From positions 7,440,001-7,504,000 of the forward strand of contig NC_092680.1 in NCBI RefSeq assembly GCF_964355755.1: a DNA stretch of 64,000 nt. The letters are read 5' to 3'. Under the pieces are notes generated by a model that was not told where the DNA came from, searched no databases, and saw only the letters and a list, made by a program, of their open reading frames with translations. Below are positions 51,024-61,605 of the stretch, piece by piece (the stretch's first letter is position 1; every line of letters starts with the position of its first letter). Source of the DNA: Antedon mediterranea (lineage: Eukaryota; Animalia; Echinodermata). The position numbers and the translations under genes are program-made.

Positions 51024-53204
51024 CTATAAATTAAAAATTGAATGAATTAAAAACGAATAGTAATAATAATAATCTATTCTGTACATTGTTTTTATGTTTA
51101 TATACGTTGTGTAATTATTATGTGTCATCAGACTTATTTGAGTCTCTACGTCCCTCGACCAAATGATACTTTGATGTTTCTTGTTTGTATACATCATATG
51201 TTTCTTTGGGTTGAAATAAATGTTGTTGAATTGAATAGGTAATATCATTTTAAACTCGTCATCAAGATCCAAAAAAGTAATTTAAAAGAACCCATATACA
51301 GACCCACATCAATTTAAAACAAGAAGTTGAAATATCACTACTGTACTTAATTATAAATCACCACTAATTAAATTAATATAGCAGGAACACAACATGTGAA
51401 AAAAGTATTAAATTCTAAAGTATTTAAACACAGTACAGTATGTTTGTTACTGACTTGAAGATATTAGTTTCATGATGCGCCACACATCGGCTATTTAGTC
51501 ATTGTACGCATGCTCATATGTTGCTGAGCATATGCAGAATGACTTTTTGACTTGACAGCTGTATAATTGTGTGGTTCATATAAATATAAATGAAATTTTA
51601 TTAATATTATTACCCTTGTAACACAATTTGTGAGTGATGTTGTCTTGTTGTCTAGTCTAACTGGCACTGTGCTCGTGAACATTCGATTGAAGTTGCCTTC
51701 TCGGTTTGAAAGCTCCAGTTTATAACGCTTTATTTCTTGCCTTAAACGTTCCATTTCTTCATTCACTTCCTGTAGAAAAAAAGTTTTTTTAAATATTTTA
51801 TGTCTTCAGGAACATGTGGCCAAGGATTACCAAATTAGTAAATAATAAATGTCCTATCAGATAGGTGGTAATCACCCTGATACAGGAGTTATTTTGTGAA
51901 CTAGTTCACCGGGGTAACCCCCTAAGTTTCGAATGATGAACTGGGTTCTTTTAAATTGCACACTTGTTATAACTGTGTACACTGGACCTAAGGTTTATAC
52001 AGTAGTCCTTATCCGAGAAGACTTGTTCCACCACCAGAACTAAGAGCGAGTCGGCCTCAAACCCATGCCGATATTGTTTAGGTACGGTAAATGGCACCCC
52101 TGCCTTAACCGGTAGGCCATTTGAATCTAGTCTAAAGTAATTCTTGATATGATCATCATCAATTTGATCTTTTGTCACCTTTCTATGACAAAAATGTATA
52201 AATTCTACTTTTGGCCAAATAAATATAAATAAATTGTCGAATTTTTATCCGTTTATTCCAGGAATTTTTTTGTTTAGGAAAAGTTTCTGGTTTGAGCAAA
52301 GTCAGTCGTGTAAACTTACAATCTTATCGACAGGATAATTAGCATCTTTTAACACCCATTTTCTTTTCTCTATATCATTTTGCTGAGAGATTTTAATCTT
52401 TTTGTTAAGGGCCCTGAGTTCAACTTCCAACTTTTTATTTTTTTCTACAATTTTGTCACGACTTCCTTCTGTTGCCATCAAGTCTCTGCAAGCATCATTC
52501 ATTTTTTTGTGCATTTGTATCTCCATCTGCTCCAAATCATTGCGAAGTTTCTCTAATTGATGGTCAAAATACATTTGTTCTTGTGCATGTTTCTGTTTTT
52601 CCTTCTCCAGTTGTTTTTTTAAGTTTAAAATTTGCGATGATTCTCTTGTTGAAATTGTATCATTCAATCTTTCAACAATTAGCCTATCTTCTCGGTTAAC
52701 TTTAGCAGTTGGTTTATGAAAAAAAGTGTTTGAATCATCATGATATTCAACTTCATGATTCACACTATTTTTCCTTGGTAATGATAATAATGATAGCTCT
52801 TCTTCCAAATCCTTTATTTGTTTCAATAACTTGTCATTTTTTACTTGGAGTTTATCTTTTAATTTCTTTGCACTTTCTAATTCTCTAATGTACGCTTCTT
52901 TCTGCTTCTCAAGCTTAAATTTGAACTCTTTTTCATTTTGAATTATTGTTTGTCTCGCCCGTTCTTCAGTAACTTTAATCACTTCAACATCGTTAGTGAG
53001 GGCTCCTATCTTCTCTTGGTACGAATTGACCAATTTACCTATTTCACACTCGTATTCTTCAGCCATTGTAGCAATTTCGATTTCTCTTTCATGGTTTTTA
53101 GTAAATAACATGTGCACTACTTGTGTTAATTCTGCAACCTTTTTACACATTTTTAATTGAAAAGACCTTTTAGACGGTACCTTATTGCTAGGGTCCGCCG
53201 CCAT
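50874..53204 (-). CDS. FAM184-family coiled-coil protein, short form (~396 aa)
   Basis: join 53204-52320, 51769-51614, 51023-50874 (last exon less certain). N-terminal QLKMCKKVAELTQVVHMLFTKNHERE and C-terminal YKLELSNREGNFNRMF resemble the two conserved FAM184A/B blocks. Confidence 0.8.
51614..51769 (-). CDS. FAM184-like exon 2
   Basis: CTACAG acceptor, phase 0, ELSNREGNFNRMF. Confidence 0.85.
51900..52125 (-). mobile_element. Deu-SINE, second head subfamily
   Basis: CCGGGGTAACCCC...GTCCTTATCCGAGAAGACTTGTTC...GCCTTAACCG. Confidence 0.78.
52320..53204 (-). CDS. FAM184-like exon 1 (295 codons)
   Basis: Good Kozak context (ACCATGG), long coiled-coil ORF, GTAAGT donor. Confidence 0.88.
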
Positions 53205-54410
53205 GGTGAATCAGGCCTCAAATAAGCCTAGGCTAGGCCTCCTACACAAATAAATGAAATAAACTTTTTCGTATACATAATAGAGATAGGTTATGGCGCG
53301 CCTTTGTAAAAAAATAAAAACGATATAGGCCTAGGCTTATATAATTAAAATGGCCACATAATATTTATTATTTTAATAAAAAGTTTACCCCCTCACGACA
53401 CTAATATCATTAGATTTGTTACTGCCTATGAACATTCCTTTGCCACTTCTAATAACATATGTAAATGAAATAGGATTAGTAAGTCACATTTTGCACTTCA
53501 TATTTAACTTCTTCAACGTCTTTGGTGAGAAAAAACTTCGGAACCTGACAATTTCTTTCAACAAATACAGGCTTAGGTCTATTAACAAATAAAAGCACAA
53601 ATTTCAATGTTAAAAAAATAAATTATTCAAATTATTATACATTATGTATATTTTGGAAATTTATAGATTAGTTTAGTAATATAATTGCTATATTTATAAG
53701 GTTAACCTTTGACATACAATGACGTAATTGATATTATTAAAAATGTAAACAAAGCTACAAATTTAAAGAGCTAAAGTGGACTTTTAGACCCTATTTGTTT
53801 ATAATTAGGCCTTACATACAATTGATCTGAACTAAATAATGTACAGAATGTAGGTGAGTAACATAACTTAGTACACTGGCCATATATCTATAGATAGTTA
53901 GAGTAGCAGTACTACATACAGAGACCCTACATACACTACTACACAGTAGTATAGATAGGGCCTCTATAGGCCTATCAATATTCAATAGTATAATAGATAG
54001 AGAAGGGCTATTAGTATATTAATTATTATTTAATAATAATACTCTCCTCTATCTAGCCTAGGCCTACATCTTCTCTAGTCTCTCTAGAGTAGATTATTTA
54101 TGGTATAGTCCATGGTGTACGCTCTACTACTTTTACTACTAACTATTAATACTACTATAATAAGTATAAGTATAACTACAGAAAAATTACATGTAGCTAT
54201 TACATGGTCTTAGTACAGTAAACGGTATAATGATATTATCTTGTATGATAAATAAGAAAACATGTTAAAACATTGTTTATTATTTAGATATTGACACCAA
54301 AAGTTTAGAATATTAAAAAAGATATATATCCGTTGTCTTTAATACTTACGGTACCATGGTATCCATACTTCATCCTTCATCATTAAAAAAAATCATTCTT
54401 TTCTGTTTAG
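53205..54410. promoter_or_regulatory. probable bidirectional promoter FAM184-like / WHAMM-JMY
   Basis: Start codons 1.3 kb apart, divergent; 5'UTR acceptor TTTCTGTTTAG ending at 54410. Confidence 0.45.
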
Positions 54411-54513
54411 CTCACTCAGTAAATAGCGTGTGTACACAGAAACAACAAATCAAAAGGATAAGGATAGGGTGTGGGATATGATATTTAATAGATGAACAAA
54501 CTAACTCTGAATC

Positions 54514-55408
54514 ATGTCACTTAAGAGAATGAATAGCCACGAAGATTGGGAGGTTGTGAAAACAAATGCATTTGACGCCAAGCCACGTGGAAAGCTCAAG
54601 TTCGATGTTGCTTGGAATGAACACCATCATAAACTAGCAATAACATGTCGTCGTGAGAAAGTCCGATTTGTACAGAAACGGTTCAACACATTATCAAAGA
54701 AAACTACATCCCCTCCCCCAAATGAAAACAATGAAATTCAAGAAAAGTGTTGGACGGGGCTATTTTCTTTTCAAGATGTACAATACGCGCATGAGCAATT
54801 ATGTCTTTTAAGCCCTGCTATGGAAGACTACCCTCCATATTTACCTTATGAAGCAAGAGGTGTTTGGAGCTTTTTTTTCCAGAGTGAAGTCATACCAGAT
54901 GAAGTAGAGATTGCAGTTCGACAGTACTTGAATGTCGCTGCAGACATCTGTGATCAGCAATTTCTTATTGACACTCTCTTTGAAGTTGATACATGCATTG
55001 AGAAATATCTAGAAAATATGGGAGAACTTAAAGAGAGAGAATATGAAAATGATGTCACAAGAATACAAAGCAAGTATGAACAATTAAAAATTGAAAAAAC
55101 AAATGCTGATAACATGAAAAAAATGAAGGAATTTTATGAAAAAGAAGATCAAGTCATTTCTGATTTGTGTCAAAGCTTAGCAGAACTATATAACCTGAAG
55201 ATTCAACCATTTTTAGATCTTCGGGAGTTGGCATACAGTAAACAATTTGAGATTAAAGAAAATCTGCAAGATGAATATCGTAGTGAGGAGAAGCGAAAGC
55301 AACTGGCGGAGGACTACCACATGTGGATGGATCAATTTCAAACGGCAATAGAAAGGATACAGGATTTGAAAGTTCAATATTTCACAAAATGTGTTGAATT
55401 AAGTAAAG
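54514..55408 (+). CDS. JMY: WHAMM/JMY coding exon 1 (N-terminal domain)
   Basis: Long ORF to the GTAGGC donor. Confidence 0.92.
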
Positions 55409-58400
55409 GTAGGCCTATATATTTTAAATATCAATATGCTGTAATTCTAAAGTTTTTAAGGCCAGCTAGCCAGCCTAATTTCTACATTGCACCTGTCGTT
55501 CCCCCATGCACCCATAAAAGCAACCTTGGATATCTGAAAGTCCTGTTTTTTCTTTTTCTTGTATCACAGTGTGCACAAGTATATATTCAACCTTTTTGCA
55601 AATTAAATATTGTATAACCATTACAGGAATAATAATATAATAATATTACTACCCCGGTCATTTTTTGGGATCAAACATGGAAACATACCTGTAAATTTAA
55701 AGTAAATTATTATTCTACAGGAAGAGTTGCAAACATGATGGAAGATAAACCAAAGTTTGGCAGATCTACTTGGGAAGTGTATGGCCAGGAGCGACTCAAC
55801 AACCTGAAGCAAGTGTTGGCAGAAGAAAAGAAACAGCAGCTTGAAGCTAAGAAACAGAAGTATAAATACTCGCAAGAGAAAATACAGCAAGAGGTACAGT
55901 ACTGTATCTTGGAAAACAGGATGAATAAACTATTTTATAATTGATCATGCTCATAAACTAAATGACTTTTCTTCAACCCTCTCAGAGACTAGTTTTGTTG
56001 ATCTTTGTTATACTTTTACTAAATTATCTTGATCTTTGTTATACTTTTACTAAATTATCTTGATCTTTGTTATACTTTTACTAAATTATCTTGATCTTTG
56101 TTATACTTTTACTAAATTATCTTGATCTTTGTTATACTTTTACTAAATTATCTTGATCTTTGTTATACTTTTACTAAATTATCTTGATCTTTGTTATACT
56201 TTTACTAAATTATCTTGATCTTTGTTATACTTTTACTAAATTATCTTGATCTTTGTTATACTTTTACTAAATTATCTTGATCTTTGTTATACTTTTACTA
56301 AATTATCTTGATCTTTGTTATACTTTTACTAAATTATCTTGATCTTTGTTATACTTTTACTAAATTATCTTGATCTTTGTTATACTTTTACTAAATTATC
56401 TTGATCTTTGTTATACTTTTACTAAATTATCTTGATCTTTGTTATACTTTTACTAAATTATCTTGATCTTTCTGATGTCAAAGTCAATAAATCCATACAT
56501 TTTTTACTGTCCAAATATAGAAACCATCAACCCAATAGTTAAGACAACTAGTCTTTTCAGGATTCAACTAGGACAGCACCGACATTTCGTCGGGGCTTGT
56601 CATATGATACCGAATCTGAGTTGGCCTTTAGCAGTCTTGGCTAACAAACTTCTCTAATAAATACTCCTATATGCCATCTTGTATGTTATTACTAAGTTTC
56701 CACTGATAATCTTAGATTGCAATGGTTAAAGAAGGAAGTGGCTTGAAGAAGCAAGTAGAAGAATTAGAAACAAAGCATCAACAACTACAAATGAAGGTTT
56801 ATGACACAGAAATTGCGATTTTACAAGAACAAGAAAATGAACTGAAAGTAGAAGAAGAAACAATAAAAAAGAAAATTGAGGGTAATGACATTTTATCTGT
56901 ATTTTTTACATTTAAAATCATTTTTTATGACATCAGCATGCAATCAAACTTCTTTCTTTTTAATCAGACGAGAGAGAAAAGGAAGAAAATGAATTCTACG
57001 ATGCTTATGAGAGTTTTGATGGACTGGAAGATGATGATGAAGTTGAAAGGCCATCGATGATGATTAACCCACAACTTAGAAAAGTGGCAGCAAAAATAAG
57101 CAGAGTCCGAAAAAAGAAAGCAAATATCAGAAATAACAAAGTAAGTTAAAAGTACACCTTCCTGTGAAATAATGGGAAATTATAGTGTAAAGCCTGTATC
57201 ATACTAATCTTCCTCGGTTTTTACTTTAGTTAGATTGAGACAATCACAAAGTAGGCCTGCAGTAATCGGTTTTCATTGTTGATATTTTTTTTACAGCAAA
57301 TGTTTATGGCTACTTACGAAACCCAGTCGAAAGAGAAGAATGTTCAAGAGCAAAAGCTAGCAGACCATCGTAAACTAATAGTGGTATGTGTTAAAATATC
57401 TGTTTAAATCCAACCAATTCAATGTAAGAATGATTATGTGAAATAAGTATATTATTACTGCACTGATGAAGGGCTAGTGTTGCCCAAAAGCTCTGCTAAC
57501 TTTTCTGGCCGTTTTACTTATTGTTTTGATTTAGCTTTTCGCTTTTTTTTTGTATCTCCATTGAGATCCAGCCACTGCTACCCACAGCATTGTCATTTTT
57601 TTCAGTAATTTGCCTTTGAATTTATATTATTACTATTACATATTTTTGTAAATATTGGTGCACAGATTACAGAATCTATAGCTTCGGTCTACACTAGACT
57701 TAGGGTGATCAACTAGTTACTATACAGTATGTTTATATTTCAAGATGATTAAATTATGTATTATTTTATAAAAAATCTAGCAAAAGGAAAAGAAAGAAGC
57801 CAAAGAGAAAGAAATGAAAGCATTCATTGATGCGGAAAGACAGAAGACATTGCAGCGCTTAAAACAACACAACATGGTATGCATTACGTAATATCTTGTG
57901 TTTTAATCTATTTTTTGTTTCAAATTAAATGTTGAGTCAAACCAAAACATTTAAACACACATTTGGTTTATGTAATTGTTTAGTCTGTATTTATTTTCTT
58001 TATGTCCGTCCACCAGGCAGTTGGAATTTGATTTTTGTCTGAAAATATATACGTATGAAACGTCATATGTGCTAAAATATTTATATTTCTACTAATTTCA
58101 GTCCAGAACCTAGATTAGTAATTGTTTACATTTATCACATACAGAAGTACATTTACTTACAAGTTTGTGGTTTTATCTTTGTAGAAATACCCATCACCAA
58201 GCATTCTAAAAACTCGTAAGAAAGGTAGAAAAAAACCTAACAATGAAGAAAATCAGTTTGGCCCTCCATCAGGCCTTCCTCCTCCACCTCCTGTGTCTAA
58301 TGAACAATCAATAAGCATGGCACCTTCTGCTGCACCACCACCACCTCCCCTTCCCAACTTACCACCACCTCCGCCTCCTCCCCCTGTCCCGAGTTTAGCA

Positions 58401-59561
58401 CCTCCACCACCCCCGCCCCCTCCTGTCCAAGGTTTACCACTAACATTTCCAAAAAGTAAACCAATTGCTAAACACGCGAGCAAAAAGCCAGAAGATGTCC
58501 CTTCCAGTGGATTACCGTTTGATGCGAAGAACATTGTTGCAGCTAGGGAACGACTTGGAAAAGCTAATTTACGCAAGATTTCAGACAAGCCATTGAAAGA
58601 AAAGGGCAATCCAACTGGTATGTGGTTTCCAATTTCAAACCAATAAATGACAGGTGGCTGTATCCACCAATCACAATGAAATTCTCAAAATATTATTTTC
58701 TCTACATATTAGAAAAATAACGCTTAAAAAAGAACGACGTTTCGACTCCATCAAGGGGTCATTATCAAGTCCAATGAATAAATGTTAATAGAAGAACGAA
58801 TTAAATAAAACAAGCCAAGTATACTTAGGAAATGCAAAAACAAATTTGACTATCTTATCTATGAAATGTTGTATATCAGACAATTAAAACCTAGTCTGAA
58901 TTAACAAAGCTAAGCTTTTCATTTGACAGGATGTTAGACAATAGGTCTTGTTATTTAAAGTTTGACCCTTGGCTTGTGTTATTTAATTAGTTGTTTTTAA
59001 AATTGTATTCATTGGACTTGATAATGACCCCTTGATGGAGTCAAAACGTCGTTCTTTTTCTAATAATAAACGTACCCTCATTCATTATTTTCTCTTAGCC
59101 AAAAAACAATGAATACTGCCACTGGTCCAAAATGTATTCTTATTTATAGGCATGCAACTATTTTCTTGTCTGCGCTTTGTTCAAATTTACCGCGGTTATA
59201 TTTTAGACGGCGCCGTCAATATTTCGTTGCCATGCGAAAGAGATTTTACTGGCTTACGAAAACGTTGTATGACATATCCGTTTTCGTATTCTTAGTGTAG
59301 TGAAACCTCCTTATTGTGGGCCAAATTTTAACACACTTATTTTTTCAAACAGATGTTGTAAGTGAAATAGCATTGATATTTCAAAACGGTGGTTTCAAAC
59401 TCCGCAAACACGAAGAAAGAGAAGAGAATTTGCCATCGTTGACATACGATTCTGCTATGTTTCTTAAGGACAGGTTAGACGTAATGAATAAACAAATGAA
59501 TCCAGAGGACGGTGAATCTGATGTTGAAGACGACAATGAATTTGCCGATTCTTTTGCTTAA
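54514..59561 (+). CDS. JMY: WHAMM/JMY-family actin nucleation-promoting factor, 743 aa
   Basis: join 54514-55408, 55721-55893, 56716-56881, 56968-57140, 57297-57383, 57781-57876, 58185-58617, 59353-59561. N-terminal DWEVV, FDVAWN...KLAITC, WTGLFSFQ, IQPFLDLRELA; coiled coil with ERQKTLQRLK; polyproline; two WH2-like LRK motifs; central and acidic tail. Equally related to WHAMM. Confidence 0.92.
55721..55893 (+). CDS. JMY: WHAMM/JMY exon 2
   Basis: CTACAG/GT; MMEDKPKFGRSTW. Confidence 0.9.
55998..56471. repeat. 31-bp minisatellite, 15 apparently identical copies
   Basis: Unit TTGATCTTTGTTATACTTTTACTAAATTATC. Confidence 0.96.
56716..56881 (+). CDS. JMY: WHAMM/JMY exon 3
   Basis: AG/GT; coiled coil QMKVYDTEIAIL. 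Confidence 0.88.
56968..57140 (+). CDS. JMY: WHAMM/JMY exon 4
   Basis: AG/GTAAGT; EFYDAYES. Confidence 0.88.
57297..57383 (+). CDS. JMY: WHAMM/JMY exon 5
   Basis: TTTTACAG/GTATGT, phase 0-0. Confidence 0.82.
57460..57622 (+). mobile_element. 163-bp retrozyme / Penelope-pLTR-like insertion beginning with a hammerhead motif
   Basis: GCA-CUGAUGA-A-GGGC-UAGUGUU-GCCC-AAAA-GC-UC-UGC; flanked by 12-bp direct repeat TATATTATTACT. Confidence 0.65.
57781..57876 (+). CDS. JMY: WHAMM/JMY exon 6
   Basis: FIDAERQKTLQRLK; AG/GT. Confidence 0.9.
58185..58617 (+). CDS. JMY: WHAMM/JMY exon 7 (polyproline + first WH2)
   Basis: KYPSP..., proline runs, LGKANLRKI. Confidence 0.9.
58732..58772 (-). ncRNA. minimal type-I hammerhead ribozyme (U3-A8 variant)
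   Basis: GGAC-UUGAUAA-U-GACCCC-UUGAU-GGAGUC-GAAA-CG-UC-GUUC. Confidence 0.65.
59014..59054 (+). ncRNA. hammerhead copy with G12A (probably inactive)
   Basis: Same as 58732-58772 but GAAA reads AAAA. Confidence 0.55.
59353..59561 (+). CDS. JMY: WHAMM/JMY last exon (WH2-C-A)
   Basis: GGFKLRK, LKDRLDVM, acidic tail, TAA. Confidence 0.9.
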
Positions 59562-60319
59562 AGTAACAATTTCCAAAACTGAACAGTGAAACAGTATGGA
59601 GTTTGACGCTTTCAAATAGATTATATTAATACTTTATTTCTAGACATATTTACATAATTATTTATATAAAATTGTAAATTTTGATTTGAAAAATTATTAT
59701 TGTGCATAAAAATAATTATCAATTCAAATTTACAAGTTAGTGGTGGATCAGAGGGCAAGTGAAAGGAGCCCTCTAAAAAGTAAATAAGAATATCATTGTA
59801 CCAACCGCCTGCGACTTTCCTAGATCTGGGAAGATCCAACGCTCAACAAATTTATGGTTGTGAAGTCAGTAGTAGCCTGGTTTTCACAATCTTATTAACC
59901 ATGGTTACATTTACAACTGTGTATACATGCAATTTGAGTGGATTACAATATACAGACAAATATTAATATATAAAAACATATTGGGAAGGTTGCATAGTTT
60001 GACTTGGATTTTATTTTCTGTACATATAAATTTAATTGGTATTTTACTTTGTATTTGAATACTTAATGAAGTTTAATTTGCTACAATTCAATCAAATCTA
60101 TGTGTACATTTCTTTTGCTCATAACAAATGAAAAACAACTATCAAATCATATCAATTCTTTATTTAAATCAAAATACAGAGATTATACAGTTGTAATTTT
60201 TTAAATAGTATTCATTTTTGCACAATAGCAAACTTTTGTTTTATTAACGCAACACACGACTACGCAGATGTGGAGTCAAAAGGGCATTCTGAAACAGGAG
60301 CATGCATTGAATGAATATT

Positions 60320-60440
60320 AAGCTCCATCTGCACTATAAAAAAAGTGTGCTGTGCCCAAATATGGTAGTGATATGATGTTATCGTGTCCATATATGGGCA
60401 TATCACATCTTTTTGTCGCATAAAGTTTGTTAGTGTATTC
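60320..60440. mobile_element. MITE family A
   Basis: Core GTGCCCAAATATGGTAGTGATATG...GGGCATATCAC. Confidence 0.7.
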
Positions 60441-61469
60441 AGTTTTAGATTCATATTGTTATTAATATGCAAATTTACTGTAATTCATTAACTAGCATTA
60501 ATTATTGAAGCTCTTTGCTGTTCTTCCATTATTCCAATTTGTGATTACAATTAAATCAATATAAATAACTTACCTTTGTTTGTCATGATTACTTGTGTTA
60601 TCAGATTGATTAAACCCAGAAATGTTAAAGATCATTGATAACATTACCAGATTTCAACTCGAAATAAATAATGAATTTAGCATACCAAAATAAAAAAAAT
60701 CACATTTTATCTCCAAAAATAATTTGTATTAAATTATCAAGGAATATTGTCCAATCCTCTTTGAAATTTGTCTCATTAATCACTTGGCAAATACAAACAC
60801 AAAAACCAAAATAGATACATCCATGTACAGTATTTGGTAATGTAATCAATTCATTTCATTTTTCTGCCAAGAAAATTGACCATGTATTGAATTGGTATAT
60901 GCAGTTATCAAGAATCGTAATAAACGCACAGACTTCGCACACGAACGCTGTAAAGAACACCTGTGCAAGTCAACATGATGTCGCTGTAATAATACATATC
61001 CACTCAAACAAAAATGAACAGGTTTTGTAACGAAAAAAACAATATCCACAAAACACAGTCAGACGGGATACACACAAAGTGTGGATAATATTGTTGTTTT
61101 CTGAAGCTGTATGATTTACAGTAATTAACACATTCTTGCTAGCAAGCCAATGTATCATTTGTCTCAAGATGCAGTATTGTCAATGCTTATTCACAAAATA
61201 TACTAAAGAATAATCCATTCGTTTTATGTAGAACATGAATACTAGTACTGTACTATATTTATTTTGTGAAGTTTTGTGTTATGGCAAACCAACAAAAACA
61301 TTTCTAGTTGATGTGTTCTTTACTAAAACGTACCCACATTTGATATAGCGAATTATACCATAGTCTCAAACAATGCACTTTGAAGTGAAAAGCGAAATAG
61401 ACGTTAAGATTTTCAATAACATTCCAAGGGTCACACCATATTCTCGACAGCTAAAACATGCGCCTAAAA

Positions 61470-61605
61470 CCCCTACTCATCTTGAAGGATGTACTAAGGT
61501 TTTAAATGTATAAGGGTAAACAAATGCACATTGAACCGAGAAGACTTTCTATCACCAGAACCATGAGGCAAGTCGGTCGGTTACGGCGTCTGCCCTAGCC
61601 ATTCA
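61470..61605 (-). mobile_element. degenerate Deu-SINE
   Basis: CCCCTACTC...CCGAGAAGACT...CCAGAACCATG. Confidence 0.55.

Larger units (their letters stand above)
58708..59065 (+). mobile_element. Penelope-like retroelement 3' remnant with inverted pLTR copies
   Basis: 58821-58904 encodes ILRKCKNKFDYLIYEMLYIRQLKPSLN* (GIY-YIG C-terminus type); ~54-bp inverted repeat 58727-58780 / 59006-59059 carrying hammerhead motifs. Confidence 0.78.

Noticed and set aside
55409-55617. 3' extension of the 367-aa ORF
   Set aside because: Intron read-through past the donor at 55409; family similarity continues at 55721.
58253-58609. Gly-rich minus-strand ORF
   Set aside because: Antisense shadow of the polyproline exon.
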